A DNA stretch of 64,000 nt. Source: Geosiphon pyriformis uo1 (taxonomy: Eukaryota > Fungi > Glomeromycota). The notes below the pieces were generated by a model. The model did no database searches. It was not told the DNA's origin and was given only the letters and a program-made list of their open reading frames with translations. The translations under genes were made by a program, and so were the position numbers. Positions 12,185-25,600 of the stretch are shown here, piece after piece (the first letter of the stretch is position 1; every line of letters begins with the position of its first letter). Location of the stretch: positions 434,001 through 498,000 of the forward strand of contig JAAOMT010000657.1 of NCBI GenBank assembly GCA_016748015.1, given 5' to 3'.

Positions 12185-15100
12185 GTGGCAGAATTAGAAT
12201 TAATAGAAGCAAACCATTTAGGATTCGTGAAATTCTTATTTCAACACTACTGTTAATATTTGGGATTAAACCATAATCACATATTAGTGGAATCAGCCTT
12301 CAATTTCTATGTCAATGAGAAAATTGCCTATCTGTTAGAAACACCAGTAAATACCGAATCAGCAAAGGAAACCTTTTACAACAAATTAATTCAAAACACT
12401 AGCCTACCAACAAACCACAATTTTGCATCCATCATCACAGAAATCAATAAAAAAATTGAATATCACACCCAAAAAAAATACCCAATTACATATGCCAGTA
12501 AAAGAAAAAGAAAACTGCAAACACCAGTAGTGACATTCCAAAAGATATAACCACTCACTTGGAAGAAAACCAGAGTTGAATTACCAACCAATCCATTATA
12601 CTACTATACACCTAAAAGTGTCATCAATATCTCATCAACAGGCACATTTACATTAAATGTGACATCAACAATTGGATGATTCCCATTTTAGAGTAAACAA
12701 AGGAAAGAAGATCTTCTAGAACCATATGGTGCATATTTTGAAGGATTCAAGTCATGATTGCCAACACTATTAGGACTTCAATCTCCACCACCCCAATCTG
12801 ATTTTGGAACCGCGAGTCCTTGGGAAATAATGGAATTAGAAAGAGAACAGGAAGAAGAGGAAGAAAAATCTAAAGATCAAGAATTTACTTACTAGAACCC
12901 AATTTCAGAAAACCTGAAAATTGAAACCCTAAATCTGCAAACTCAGCAAAATCTAAACTTGGAAAATCCAGAAATCAGAACTCCGAATATTCAAACACCA
13001 CCAAATTAAGACAATCCAAATCCTGAATTAATTAATCAGTAAAGCTTATTTCCAATAATTGTCATTGATCAGCCACCAGCTGAACTGATCCAACTGTAAT
13101 AAATATTACTACAGCAACCACAACAGCCACTTCAACAGCCACAACAACAACTTCAACAACCAAACTTGGATCCAATGGCCTATGCTCCAATAGCAAAACT
13201 TGAGAAATTCACTGGCGAAGAAGATGACACCCAAATATGGCTTAACAACATTGAAAAAGCCATTACGGCCAATGGATGAAATGACCAAAGAGCACTCCAA
13301 GCCATTTCCTATTTCTTACAAGATACTGCCAAATTGTGATATCAAAGCTTAGTCACCAAACCCCAAACATTCCAGGAATTTAAAATCACATTTTTGAGAT
13401 ACTTTAGTAATAATAATAGCATTAACTGATTGGCAAACACTTTTACCACCATCAAGCAAAAAGAAAATGAAGCAGTTACTACTTATTTAAGATACTTTCA
13501 CAGAAATCTGCACCAAATCCAGATTATACAAGCTGATTATTTCACAGCACCACAAATTTTGAATCAATTTATTAGAGGTCTGCACAGCAGCATCCTTCAA
13601 CACATATGCTCAATGCATCCAGTAAATTTTTAAGCCGCAGTTACAAATGCCAGAGATTTTGAAGCAGCCGAACTCAAAGCCAATCATGCCTAAGTCATAA
13701 ATCTAGTGATGAATGGATCATCTGACTTGGATTCCAAACTGAAACAATTAAGTGATTCACTCAATCAGAAATTAGAAGGGTACTTAGCTAACACCAATCA
13801 AGCCATTTATCAATCTCCCCAACAATGCAACAATCAGGGAAATGGAAATTAATTCCAAAATTAGTCGTGTTCAGTATTTTCCATGACTAATCAACAGTAA
13901 CAATAGGAAACACGCACTTGTCACTATTGTGGTAAACAAGGCCACTTGCAAATTGATTGCCACCAATGTTTAAATAACCAACAAATGGGACATCAATATT
14001 GAAATCCCAATTACCAGATTCAAATTCTGAATTATCAATCAAACCCAGCTCTATATCAACCAAATTACCTACTGATAATACAGTTGTTGTATCAAATCCC
14101 AATGATACAGCAATTATATTCACCTCCACTCTATCAGTTTCCAGCATCAATTTATCAATCACAGTCCCAATCCATTTATCAGCTGCAGCTTCAGGTAATT
14201 TATCAGCCTCAACAAAATTAAATACCACCTCAGAACTTACCTCAAAACAGAACCCAAAGGCCAAAACTGACACAACAAAGCTGGAGATTGTCGATGGTAG
14301 TCCATCAACTGATCCCCAGTTCTTCAAACCAGCCATCAGGATCTCAACAATGGAATTCGGGCACTGGATACACCCAAAACCCAAATTTCTAACACTATTT
14401 AAGTCTATTGGTTACCCCAGAAGACATCCAACCCAATAATCCAGAAACCAACCAACAACTAACACTTACCAGCAACATTCCACCAGCTACTATTACCAAA
14501 AATGAATTACTAGACACTATTTTCTCATTCAAACTCGAGGAACTATCAGTCACACCATTGTTTAGTAAAGCTGCTCTTGAGGAAAAACCTATCACTGCCA
14601 TGTACACTGATGCCAAAGTTGATAACCACCCTATCAAACTAATCTTAGACAGTGAATCAGCTGACAGCATCATCACAAGACAACTTATGGACCAATTAGG
14701 TCACCAAGTTGATCAAGCTGCCAATGTCAAAATCATAACAGCCAATATAGTGACCAAAACTCCAATTGGCAAGATTGACAATCTACCCATTGAAATTAAT
14801 AGCATTATAGTACTCATCAAAGTTCTAGTGATAGAAGCAACACAGTATCAAGCACTAATTGGAAATGACTGGCTAGTCAAAACAAATGCCATGCTAAACT
14901 GAAACACACAGGAGCTTCAACTTAGCCAGAATGGTCAACACACCTATGTACCAGCCATGTATGGTTATTTCAAGACTACCAAAACACCAACACCACTCAT
15001 CAAATTCGAAAAAAAAGAAAAGAAACCTACCTGGGAAGCCTACCAAGTGTCATGGACTGAAGGAAACCACAATAAGTTACCATCAATATCCTCCTGGGAT

Positions 15101-16588
15101 GACAACAGAAAATGAAAACAGAAAAAAGAACTTACCTGGAATTCCGACCAATTCTGAAAAACCGACAACAACCAAAAAGAGATAATAAATTGGGAGTGAG
15201 AGAAAAATACAAAAGAAAAGGGAAAGAGGAAAGAAGAAGAACCAATATCACTCAGCACCACCACTTATAATTCCTATACTATACTACAACAATCTGCTTA
15301 TTACTGCCCAAAACTGGTATGTATCAATTGTGGTAAGAAATTGTCATCAATGGGCACTTGCTGTGGCAATGATAAGGAATACCAGATGGCAACCAAGTTC
15401 TACTGTCACTCATGTGTCATAGAACATTTTGGAAGACCAAAACAAATGAAAAAATGGGATAATGAGCCATGCTTGGCTTGTGGGGAAACTCTCTTTGACA
15501 AAGGAATGTGGAATAACATTCTTGAAAGAAGAAGAACATGTGACAAATTATGTCAATACACAATTTTCATAAGCAACTAGGTAAGGAAAAAAACACCTAT
15601 AAACACCACTTAGAGATGTGCAGTCAAACAATTAGATGGATGTCTACATGACAACAACAAAATCTGGCAAATGACACTCACCAAAATTGAAGAAGCATCA
15701 CCAGAAGAAATAAAAACAATTAAAAATAACTCACCTAAACTCATAAAACTTGACTGGGATCCAGAACCAGTCATAAATCTACTAGATCCAAAACAATTTC
15801 ACAAACATTATTAGGAATTAGCATTCATTAGAGAGAAACAAAAGCAATGGTTGGAAGAAATCAACACTCGACTATGTGACCATTGTTTAATTTTCTATGA
15901 CTTTAATATTATAATAAGTGTAACTTTATTTACAATCCACCAATCCACATAATCTACATGATCCCAGAGAAAAAAGAACCAATCAACAGCTGCATATCAG
16001 AATCAGAATCAAATTTCAATCCTGATTCAAACTCTGACAACAATAACAATGAAAACAATAGTTCCAGCTCTGCTCCAAATAGCAACAAAAATTATGATGA
16101 TTCAAACTCTGATTCAAACCCCAAAACATTTATCACACTTCCTAACTTCACCAAAGAACAGAAACTTAAATGGTTCAGTGATAATGGTAAAGATATCATG
16201 CCAAAATGCACACATGATACTGATACAGGATTTGATCTAAGATATTCAGAGAAGGATGCCATAAAATTAGAACCCCATTCGTGCACCTGTATTGATCTCA
16301 AAATAGCATTAGAAATTCTAGCAACAACAATAATTCAGTTAGCATCTAAGAATAGCTTAGCCAAAAAGAGAATCAACATCAGAAGAGGAATAATTGACAC
16401 AGAATATGTAGGAAATATCATTGCTATGCTACAAAATGACTTAGAAAAAACATATATCATAGATCCAAATGAAAAGATAGCACAGGTAATATTCCTATTT
16501 CTAATGAAAATAGCTCAGTTAGTGTTAGTAAGAACCAGGGAAGAATTAGGGATTACTGCTAAAGGGATATAGGAATTCGAATCAACAG
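12185..16588 (+). pseudogene. Element B ORF1 remnant: N-terminal extension, Gag with CCHC knuckle, protease, Cys-rich domain, dUTPase (truncated by insertion)
   Basis: MAYAPIAKLEKFTGEEDDTQIWL at 13175, CHYCGKQGHLQIDC at 13919-13960, LILDSES protease motif, TGFDLRY...GIIDTEYVGNI...KIAQ dUTPase motifs. Many premature stops. Confidence 0.88.
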
Positions 16589-17471
16589 TGTTACAGATGA
16601 TTATTTCTGCTGTTGAATTAAATAACAAACCTGTAACTTGGTGCTCAAAAGCTACTTCCATGGATGAGGTTCTACAAGTGTTGTATCTAAAGGTTTTGAT
16701 GGAGTCTTTTGTATAATAGACAAAAATTCAATAGTGTCAATAGTAGATGTATCTTTCCAAGAGTTTTCCCAATTTCTTTTTCAGCGTGGTGGCCAGATTT
16801 AGTCTGGCAGTCGTGTCCTTCTGGTAAGCTATCCGATAATATATAAAATCCTACTCTTATTTCTGGGTCTTTTACCAGGCTATCCTTGATGTCAATAACT
16901 CAGTGCTTAATCTTTTAATCAATTAATATACAACAACAAAATCAAAAAAAAGAAAGAAAATAAAATAAAGAAAATAAAAATAAAGAAAATAGAGAAAATA
17001 AGCCAAGGCAATTTGGTACATTAGTATCTCGTCAATAGCTGTGATCAAGAGCTATTGTTCTAGCGTGGTTAAGTATCAATTACTATCAACATGAAGTATT
17101 GATAGTAGAGAGTGGATTGAGATATGGAATAATTATTTATTTGATGATTGGGAACTGAAATGTTGCTTAGATTAAATGTAAACTGGGAGGTCTGTTTTTT
17201 CAGCTTCTAATCCTGCTGCTATATATACATAATTAAGATTCCTCAATTCCTCGATTCTTCATGACAGGAATTCTGGAATTTCTGGAATCCTGCAATTTCT
17301 TTGAGAGGAATTCTGAAATTTCTGGAATCCTGCGATTCCTTTGAGAGGAATCCTGAAATTCCTGGAATCCTACAATTCCTGAGAGGAATTCTGGAATTCC
17401 ACATTTACTATGCTTACTTCTAATTGGCTACTATTCATGCTAATATATTTCCTATATTTCTATGAGTAACA
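16589..17471 (-). repeat. 3' LTR of A1 (883 bp)
   Basis: TGTTAC...GTAACA termini, homologous to 25835-26685 and 34839-35680, adjacent PPT. Confidence 0.93.
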
Positions 17472-17486
17472 TTATTCCCTTCTTTT
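17472..17486 (-). promoter_or_regulatory. Polypurine tract of A1 (AAAAGAAGGGAATAA)
   Basis: Purine run directly abutting the LTR. Equivalents at 26686-26700 (-) and 37451-37464 (+). Confidence 0.85.
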
Positions 17487-18114
17487 AATATTGAGCTCCG
17501 TTGAAATCCAACTTATTTAATTCCCCCTCTTGAAGTATTTCCTGAATTTTGTTTTTGAGAATTACTTGTGTTATTTGGGTCTGTAATTCTTCAAATTGAG
17601 CATTGGTGATCTTTCCCAATTGATTACTGGTAACCATATCCATTGCTTTGTTGAGTAATATTTCTGGTCTATCCTGAAATGCTGTGTGTATTTGGTAAAT
17701 GGCTCGGGCCTGTGTGGATAAGTTGTTCTTTCCCACAAAATGTTCTAATTGTTGTAGTATTTTTTTGTCAAATAATTGCTTTGTTTTATCCGTATATAGA
17801 TTCTGGATATTTATGTGTTGTCCCAAGTAAAAATAACAATAGTTTCTTGGAAATTGTTGTATCCACCAATTCCAAGTTTCTTTAGTCAACTCTTGATATA
17901 GTGACTTTTTTGTCGCCTCTTTTATTGCTAATTTTACTTTCACAATGATTTTGTCCACTGTATTTTCAGTTTTCTTCTGTGTTCTGAGTTGCAATGTCTT
18001 TCTAGTATCTTGATATCGAATGGTTTGTTGATTGATTGTAATCTCCATTTTCTGGTGTTGGATCAATTGAAAAATTTGTTGGGCTAGTGAATAGATATTG
18101 TCCATAATCTCCAT
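17485..18114 (-). CDS. ORF3 of A1: uninterrupted 209-aa accessory ORF of unknown function between integrase and the 3' LTR
   Basis: Open frame 17485-18171. The MEI start at 18114 is conserved in all three copies. Ends DFNGAQY*, with homologues at 26699-27328 and 36816-37451. Confidence 0.7.
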   Translation of the reverse strand: MEIMDNIYSLAQQIFQLIQHQKMEITINQQTIRYQDTRKTLQLRTQKKTENTVDKIIVKVKLAIKEATKKSLYQELTKETWNWWIQQFPRNYCYFYLGQHINIQNLYTDKTKQLFDKKILQQLEHFVGKNNLSTQARAIYQIHTAFQDRPEILLNKAMDMVTSNQLGKITNAQFEELQTQITQVILKNKIQEILQEGELNKLDFNGAQY

Positions 18115-18167
18115 TTTTTTGTTCTCTTCTGTCGTGTTAACCATGTTCTTATATATTCTTTTGTCGA

Positions 18168-19550
18168 TCAATTGGATGTGTTGTTGTCAATAATAATAAT
18201 TGGTTCCAGATCTCGTGAAATCTTATCTGGTTGGACTAGTATTCTCTGTACTCCTAATTGTGAAATATTACTGGTGGATGATGATACTATATGGTGATAT
18301 GGTTTCAGTCAATCTTTATGTGCTGCTTTGGTCAAGATTTTGTCATTCAATCTTAATTTGTAAGCTCCATTTTCTAGAATTTCTTCTATGTGAAATGGTT
18401 CATCTCATTTGGGGTCAAGTTTTCCATTCCATTGTTTTTCCACTTTGGTATGATATAAGAGTACTTTGTCTCCAATCTTGAATTTAACTGGTTTGTTTGG
18501 TAGTTGGTTATCATGTCTTTTTTTTTGTTTCTCTTGTGACTTTTGTATATTATCAGCTGCTTTTCGTTGTTTGTTTTCTAATGTTTCCATTAAGTCATAT
18601 GTTCTTTTCAACAATGTATTTTTGAAATTCTCTTCTGTTATTGGTTCGGTTGGGTATGTGCTGACTTCTATTTCTACTGGTAGTATTGCTGTTTTATCAT
18701 ATACTAATTCAAATAGTGTTGCTTGTGTAGTATCTTGCTTTATTGTCCGATAAGCAAATAGTACTGATAGTATCAACAAATCCCAATCATTCTGGTTTTC
18801 TTGGCTGAGTTTAGCTATTGCTTTACACAATGTTCTGTTGAATCTTTTGACTAATTTATTGGTTTGTGGATGGTATAGTGATGATAATAGTCTCTTAATT
18901 CCGAATCTTTGGCTCAATTCTGTTAATGTTTTGTTCACAAAATGAGTTCCTTGATCTGATAATAATTTTTTTGGACATCCATGTTAACAGATTAAATCCT
19001 GATGAACGAATTCAGCAATGGATTCTGCATCCATTCTTTGAATTGCTTTTGCTTCTGGCCATTTAGTGAGATAGTCCATGGCTATTGTTATGTACCTGTT
19101 TCCTCTGCTGGTGATTGTTAATGGTCTGACTAGATCAATTCCAACACAGTCGAATGGTTGTCCTACTTTGATTGGTCTTAACGGTTCACTGAGTTTTATA
19201 CCTCCTCTTCGCTGACAAACATTACAATTTTGAACATATTGGATGATGTCTGGATACATTGATGGCCAATAGTATTTTTTTCTGGTTCTTTCCATGGTTG
19301 CTTCTTTGTGAAAATGTTCTGCTGTTGGATTTGAGTGCATGTTAAATAATATTGTCTCTTTTTCTGGTTCTGTAACTACTCTGGTTGGTTGATCTGGATT
19401 TTTTCTATTTTTTTGATAAAGTATATTTTGGTAAGTGATAAAATATTTTGATTGTTGTTTAATACTCTTTTGTTCTGTTTGAGATAAATTTTCCTTGAAC
19501 TGTTGAGTGTTTATATAATGTTGCAGTTGTTGATATTTTTGTATGTTCAT
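18168..19550 (-). pseudogene. Integrase of A1 (HHCC, DDE core, GPY/F); own ATG, no chromodomain
   Basis: MHSNPTAEHFH...CNVC, GIDLVRPL, SDQGTHF, LVKRFN, KLDPK*DEPFH. Ends RDLEPIIIIDNNTSN*. Confidence 0.9.
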
Positions 19551-19612
19551 CTTTTGTTACATTTTTCATTGGTATTGTTCTGGTTTTGTTATGTTTTTGT
19601 GTTAAAATGTTC

Positions 19613-22600
19613 TTAGATTTGTTTTATTTACAACAAACCGTCAACATTTCCGTTGTTTTTTCCTTTTTTGTAATGTATAGTATAATTGTATGATGCAAGT
19701 GCCATTTTCCATCTTGACTGTCTTCCATCTCCAAATTTTTGTTTTTGGAGTGATGTTAATCCCTTGTGATTTGTGTATACTTCAAACTTCTGGCTTAAGT
19801 ATTCTCTCTATTTCATAACTGCTCAGTATATTGCTAAGTGTTCTTGTTCTAGTGTTCCATAGTTCTTTTTAGCTGGCATTAAACCTCTGCTGGCATATGC
19901 TACTGGATGTTCTCTGCCATCTGGTTCTCTCTAAGATAATACTGCTCCCAATGCTTGGCCAGATGCATCAATAGTGATGATAAATGGTTTGCTGTGATCT
20001 GGATAAATCAGTACTGGAGCTTGAATGAGCTTTCTTTTCAAAATGTCAAAAGCTTCTTGTTAACTTTCTGCCCATTTATATTTGGTATTCTTGGTTTGCA
20101 GTTGGTTGAGTGGCTGCACTATTTTGGAAAAATTCTTGATAAAATGTCAATAGTAGTTGGCAAATTCCAAGAATGATTTCAGTTCTGTCATATTGGTCAG
20201 CACTGAAAAGTTCTTTACTATCTCTATTTTCTTTGGATCTGTTTTAATGCTGTCTTTGCTGACTATGTGTCTCAAGAATTTTAGCTCTGTCTTGCCAAAG
20301 AAGCACTTTGTTGCATTTAACTTTAGCCCTGTTCTTCTTAGTCTTTTGAACACTTGTTGAAGATGATGAAAATGATCATCAAATGTTTTTGAGAATACAT
20401 TGGTGTTGTCTAAGTATACAACTACTGATTTCTACAATAAGCCAGTATAGACAATTTCTATTAGCCGTTGGAAAGTGGCTGGTGCGTTGGTTAAACCAAA
20501 TGGCATTACTTCAATTCAAAATTCCCTTCTCTTGTGGTGAATTCCATCTTCTCTTTGTCGGCTGGATCCATGGCTACTTGCCAGTAACTATTATCTAAGT
20601 CTAATGTTAAGAACCATTTGTTTCTGCCAAAAGCATCAAATAATCCTGTATTCATGGAGTTGGATAGCTGTCTCTACGAATTACACCATTGAGTTTTCTG
20701 TAGTCCACACAAAATCAGATCTTTCCATTCTTTTTATGAACAAGTATCACTGGTAATGATCATGGGCTCATTGATGGCTGAATTAGCCCATTGTTAAGCA
20801 TTCGGTTTATCTCTTGACAAATAATCTCGTGGCTGACTGGTGGCATTCTGTATGTTCTTTGTTTAATTGGCATTGCATCTCTAGTCTTGATCTGATGTTG
20901 GATGATGTCAGTTCGGCCAAACTCATTTTCACTGGCAAAGATGTCATTGAACTGGTTGAGCAACATTTTGAGTTGCATATGTTGGAGTGGATCTAAGTTT
21001 CCTATGTTTATTTGTTCCAATTGTTCTGGTTGGAGCAAATAGCATTCACTTCATCCATATATTGTTTGTGATATAATATCAACATATCCACAAAGTTGTG
21101 GAAAGTCTGGAATGGGGTTTGGTGGTTGATCCTTCATTTCAGTGTTTAAGTATTCAATAATGATTCTGGCTGGTATTTCTATGACATTTCCTATATTATT
21201 GTAGATGGGAATTTTGATGTGGCTGTAATTTTTGGCTGGTATGTGGAGATTGATGAGTTCAACTTCTCCTGATTGACAAAGACTGGCTTCTGTTTTAAAA
21301 ATTTGTGCTTGGTCTTTTTTCTTTCTTTCTATTGCTAGCATATACTGGTTATATGGGGAAATGGAAATAGCTTGACCGGTTAAGATAATTTCTTCTTGGC
21401 CAATAATTTCTTCCTCTGCCATATTAACTGGTACATCTATTCTACCCATTGATCCAAATCCCTGTATTCTTTTCACTGTTATTCCTAATTCCTCCCTTTT
21501 TCTCACTGATACTAACTGAGCTACTCTAACCAGAGGCAGGAATATTGCCTGTGCTATCTTTTTGTTGGGCTCTATTACATAGGCCTTTTCTGAGTCATTT
21601 TGTAGCATAATGATGATATTTCTTACATATCCTGCATCAATTATTTCTCCTCTTATATTAATCCCTCTTTTCACTAAACTATTTCTAGATGCTAATTAAA
21701 CCATTGTTGTTGCCAGAATTTCTAGTGCTACTTTCAAATCAATGCAGATGCATGTATGTGGTTCTAATTTGATGGCTTCTGTTCCCAGATATCTCAGATC
21801 AAATCCTGCATCAGTATTGTGCGCACGTTCTAGCATAATACCTTCCCCATTGTCACTATACCATTTCAACTCTTGTTCCTTGGAGAGATCTGGTAGTGCA
21901 ATGTATTGTTCATAGTTTAAATCTGAGTTTGAATTGTCTTTGTTGTCATTGCCATTTTGAATAGAACTGGAACTGGTGTTTTTGTTGTCATCGTCAGAGT
22001 CTGGATCATGATTGATCAGCGATTCTGATTCCGATGCACAGCTGCTGATTGGTTCTTTTTCTTTAGGGATTGAGTAGATCATGCATGGTGGTGGATTGTA
22101 AATAAGATCACAATCATCACAATATTCAAAGTCACTGGGAATTAAACAATGGTGACACAGTCTTGTATTTAACTGTGCTAGCCATTGTTCTTGTTCTTCT
22201 CTAGTGAGTGCCAAGTTTTGGTAGTGTTCATGGAACTCTTCTGGTTTCAGAAAATTTATGACTGACTCGACATTTCAATCAAGCTTGATGGGTTCTAGTG
22301 GGTTGTTTTTAATTGTCCTGATTTCTTCTAGTGATGTGCCTTCAATTTTGGTGATTGTCATCTGCCATAATTCATCGTCGTTGTATGGACAACTATCTAA
22401 TCACTGTATAGCTCTTCTCCAGGCGGCTTCTATGAGTGTTTCTTTCTCGACCCAGTCACTGATAAAAATCATGTATTGGCAGAACACGTCGCATGTTCCT
22501 CCTCTCCCCGGAATGTCGTTCCACATTTTTTTATTGAAGAAAGTTTCTCCACAGGCTATACATGGTGTATTATCCCATTTTTCCACTCGTTTTGGTCTTC

Positions 22601-25600
22601 CAAAACATTCGACATAGCATGCGCGGCAATAGAACTTGGTTGCCATCTAATATTCTTCATTGTTGCCACAGCATGCGCCCATTGATGACAATTTCTTGCT
22701 GCAATCAACACATATCAGTTTGGGTTGGCAATAGGTTAATGATTGTTGTTGACCATAGGTGTATGAGATATAAGTGTTGTTGACTTGAGTGTTTTCTTCC
22801 TCTCTCTTTTTTCCTTTGTTTTTTTCTTCTTTCCACTCCCAACTCGATGGTTTTTCCTGTTCGTTGTCAGTCCAGGTTAAATTGTCTGTTTCCCAGATCA
22901 GTTCCTCTTTTTGTTTTCCCTTAGGATTGTCATTTCACAAGAATATTGGTAGTAGTTCATTGTGGTCAGCATTGGCTCAGGAGACTTGGTAAGCTTTCCA
23001 GGTAGGTTTCTCTTTCTTCTTCTCCAGTTCGATCAATAGTTTCTCTCTTGGAGGAGTCTTAAAATGGCCACACATGGCCAGTACACGTATGTGTTAGCCC
23101 TGATATGTTAGCTGGAGTTCTTGGGTGTTCTAGTCTAACGTTGTGTTGACTTTGGATAGCCAGTCATTACCAACGAGAGCTTGGTATTGAGTGGCTTCCA
23201 TCACTAGAACTTTAATGGAAGTCACAATGCCATTGACTTCGAAAAGGAAGTCATCAATTTCGCTGATTGGAGTTTTGGTTGCTCCATCAGCTGTGATAAT
23301 TCTGGCATTGGCAGCTCAATCAACTCGGCAACCTAATTGATCCATGAGTTGTCATGTAATGATGCTGCCTGCTGAACTGCTATCAAGAATCAATTTGATG
23401 GATTGTCTCTTGACTTTGGCATTAGTGTACTTTGCAGTGATTGGTTTGGCTTCAAGAGCGGCTCCACTAAATAATAGCATTGCAGTCGTTTCCTCAAATT
23501 CAAATGGAAATATAGCAGCCAAAGACTCGTCTTCGGTGATGGTAGCAGGTAGAATATTACTGGTGAGTGGTTGTTTTTGGGTGAATGCCGGGTTATTGGT
23601 TAAGGCATCTTCTGGAGTGATCAGAAGACTTAAATAATTCTGGAAATTTGGGTTCTGGGGTTGACTGGCACCCGAATTCTGCTGGCGTAATCCAGATAGT
23701 TGCTGTGAAGAACTGGAGATTAGTTGATGGATTACTATTGCCAATCTCCAGCTCTGTTAAGTCATTCTCAGTCTTTGGGTTCTGTTAAGTAGTAAGCTTT
23801 GAGGTAGTGTTTGGATTTGTTGAGACTGATAGATTATTTGTGGCTGCGGTTAATAGATTGGAGCTTGATACACCAGAGATTAATAGACTGATGACTGCGT
23901 CACTGGTAGGTAAGCAGGTTGGTTTTGATTTGGGTACTGATTTGGAGTTTGGAACTGGCAATCAGGATTTCAATATTGATTTTCTGATTGTTGGTTATTT
24001 AAACGCTGGTGACAGTCAATTTGGATATGTCTTTGTTTACCACAATAGTAACAGATACACATTTCCTGTTGCCATTGTTGATTGGTCGATGAAAATAGAT
24101 GTGATTGATTTTGGGCACAATTAGAGTTTTCTTGATTATTACGTCATTGTGGAGGCTGATAAATGGTGTGATTGTTAGCTAAGTATTCTTTCAGTCTCTT
24201 ATTAATTGATTCACTGAGCTTCTCCAATTTGGAATCCAATTCAGATGATCCATTCATTACTAGATTAACGGCTTGGGCGTGGTTAGCCTCTGACTCAGCA
24301 GATTCAAAATCCCTGGCACATGTGACTGCGTCTTGAAGGGTGCCTGGATGTAACGGACATACATGTTGCAAGATGCTGCTGCACAGACCACGAATAAACT
24401 GGTTGAGTATCTGTGAGGCTGTGAAATAGTTGGCATCAATTGCTTGAATTTGGCACAGGTTTCGATGGAAATGTCCCAGGTAAGTGATGACTGCTTCAGT
24501 TTCTCCTTGTTTTATGGTGGTGAATGTATTGACTAGGCGATTGATGCTGTTATTGTTGCTGAAGTATCTTAGGAATTCCACTTTGAAGACATTGAAATCT
24601 TGTGGTTTATTAATCAAGCTCTGATACCATAAATCAGCAGTATCCTTGAAAAAGTAAGGAATGGCTTGTATTGCTCGGACATTATTCCATCTGTTGGCTG
24701 CGATGGCCTTTTCTACATCATTCAGCCATACTTGCGTGTCATCCTCTTTGCCAGTAAAGTTATCAAGTTTTGTGATTGGTGCATAGACCATTGGATTTAA
24801 GTTAGGTGGTTGTGGTGGCTGTTAAAGCAGTTGTTGTTGTACTGGTTGTTGAGATGGTAGTTGAAGTGGCTGTTGTATAGGTTCAGCTATGGGATTAATC
24901 AGCAGTTGATTGATGATGATTACTGGAGATAAGTTTTGCTGATTAATTAATTCAGAGTTTGGATTGTTCTGCCTTTGATGATTCAGAGTTTCGATTTCCG
25001 AATTTTCTAGATTTAAATTTTGCTGAGTTTGAAAATTCAGGGTTTCAACTTCCAGGTTTTCAGTGATCAGGTGCTGGTAAGTGAATTCTTGATCCTCTGA
25101 TTCTTCTTTCTCTTTTTTTGATTCTGCTGCTTTCCATAAATCAGAGATTCCAAAATCTGGTAGAGGTGGTGGTGATCAAAGTCCTGATAGAGTTGATAAT
25201 CGTGAATTAAATCTCTTAAAGTATTTGCTGTATGGTCCTAATAATTCTGTTTTTCTTTGTCTACTTTGGAATGAGAATCATCTAAATACTGATGTCACAG
25301 TTAATGAGAACGCATCTGTTGATAATATGTTGATGGTGCTTCTAGGTGTATAGTGGTAGGATGGGTTGCTTGGGGATTTAATTCTGTTTTTCTTCCAAGT
25401 AGGTGGCTGTATTTTTCTGAGTGTTACTGCTGGTGTTTGTAGTTTTCTCTTGCCTTTACTAGCGTATATAATTGGATATCTTTGTTAAGTGTGGTGTTCA
25501 ATTTCTTTGTTGATCTCAGTGATAATGAATGCGAAATTATGATTTGTTGGCAGATTGGTGTTTTGAATTAACTCCCTATAGAAAGTTTCCCTTGCTGATT

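Noticed and set aside
13887-14439. Long alternative-frame and antisense ORFs over the Gag linker (also 23807-24124 and 33001-33366)
   Set aside because: They are shadows of a low-complexity IYQPQ-repeat region. C>T decay creates stops in the true CAA-rich frame but spares the others.
17485-18171. Calling ORF3 an envelope gene
   Set aside because: No signal peptide, TM helix or furin/fusion motif is visible. Only its position is env-like.
19735-19765. Slippery-site explanation for IN expression (A-rich runs in late RNase H, including A AAA AAC near 19655 in A1)
   Set aside because: The heptamer is absent in A2 (AAA GAC) and lies upstream of the conserved ADGLS motif. It is probably a G>A product.
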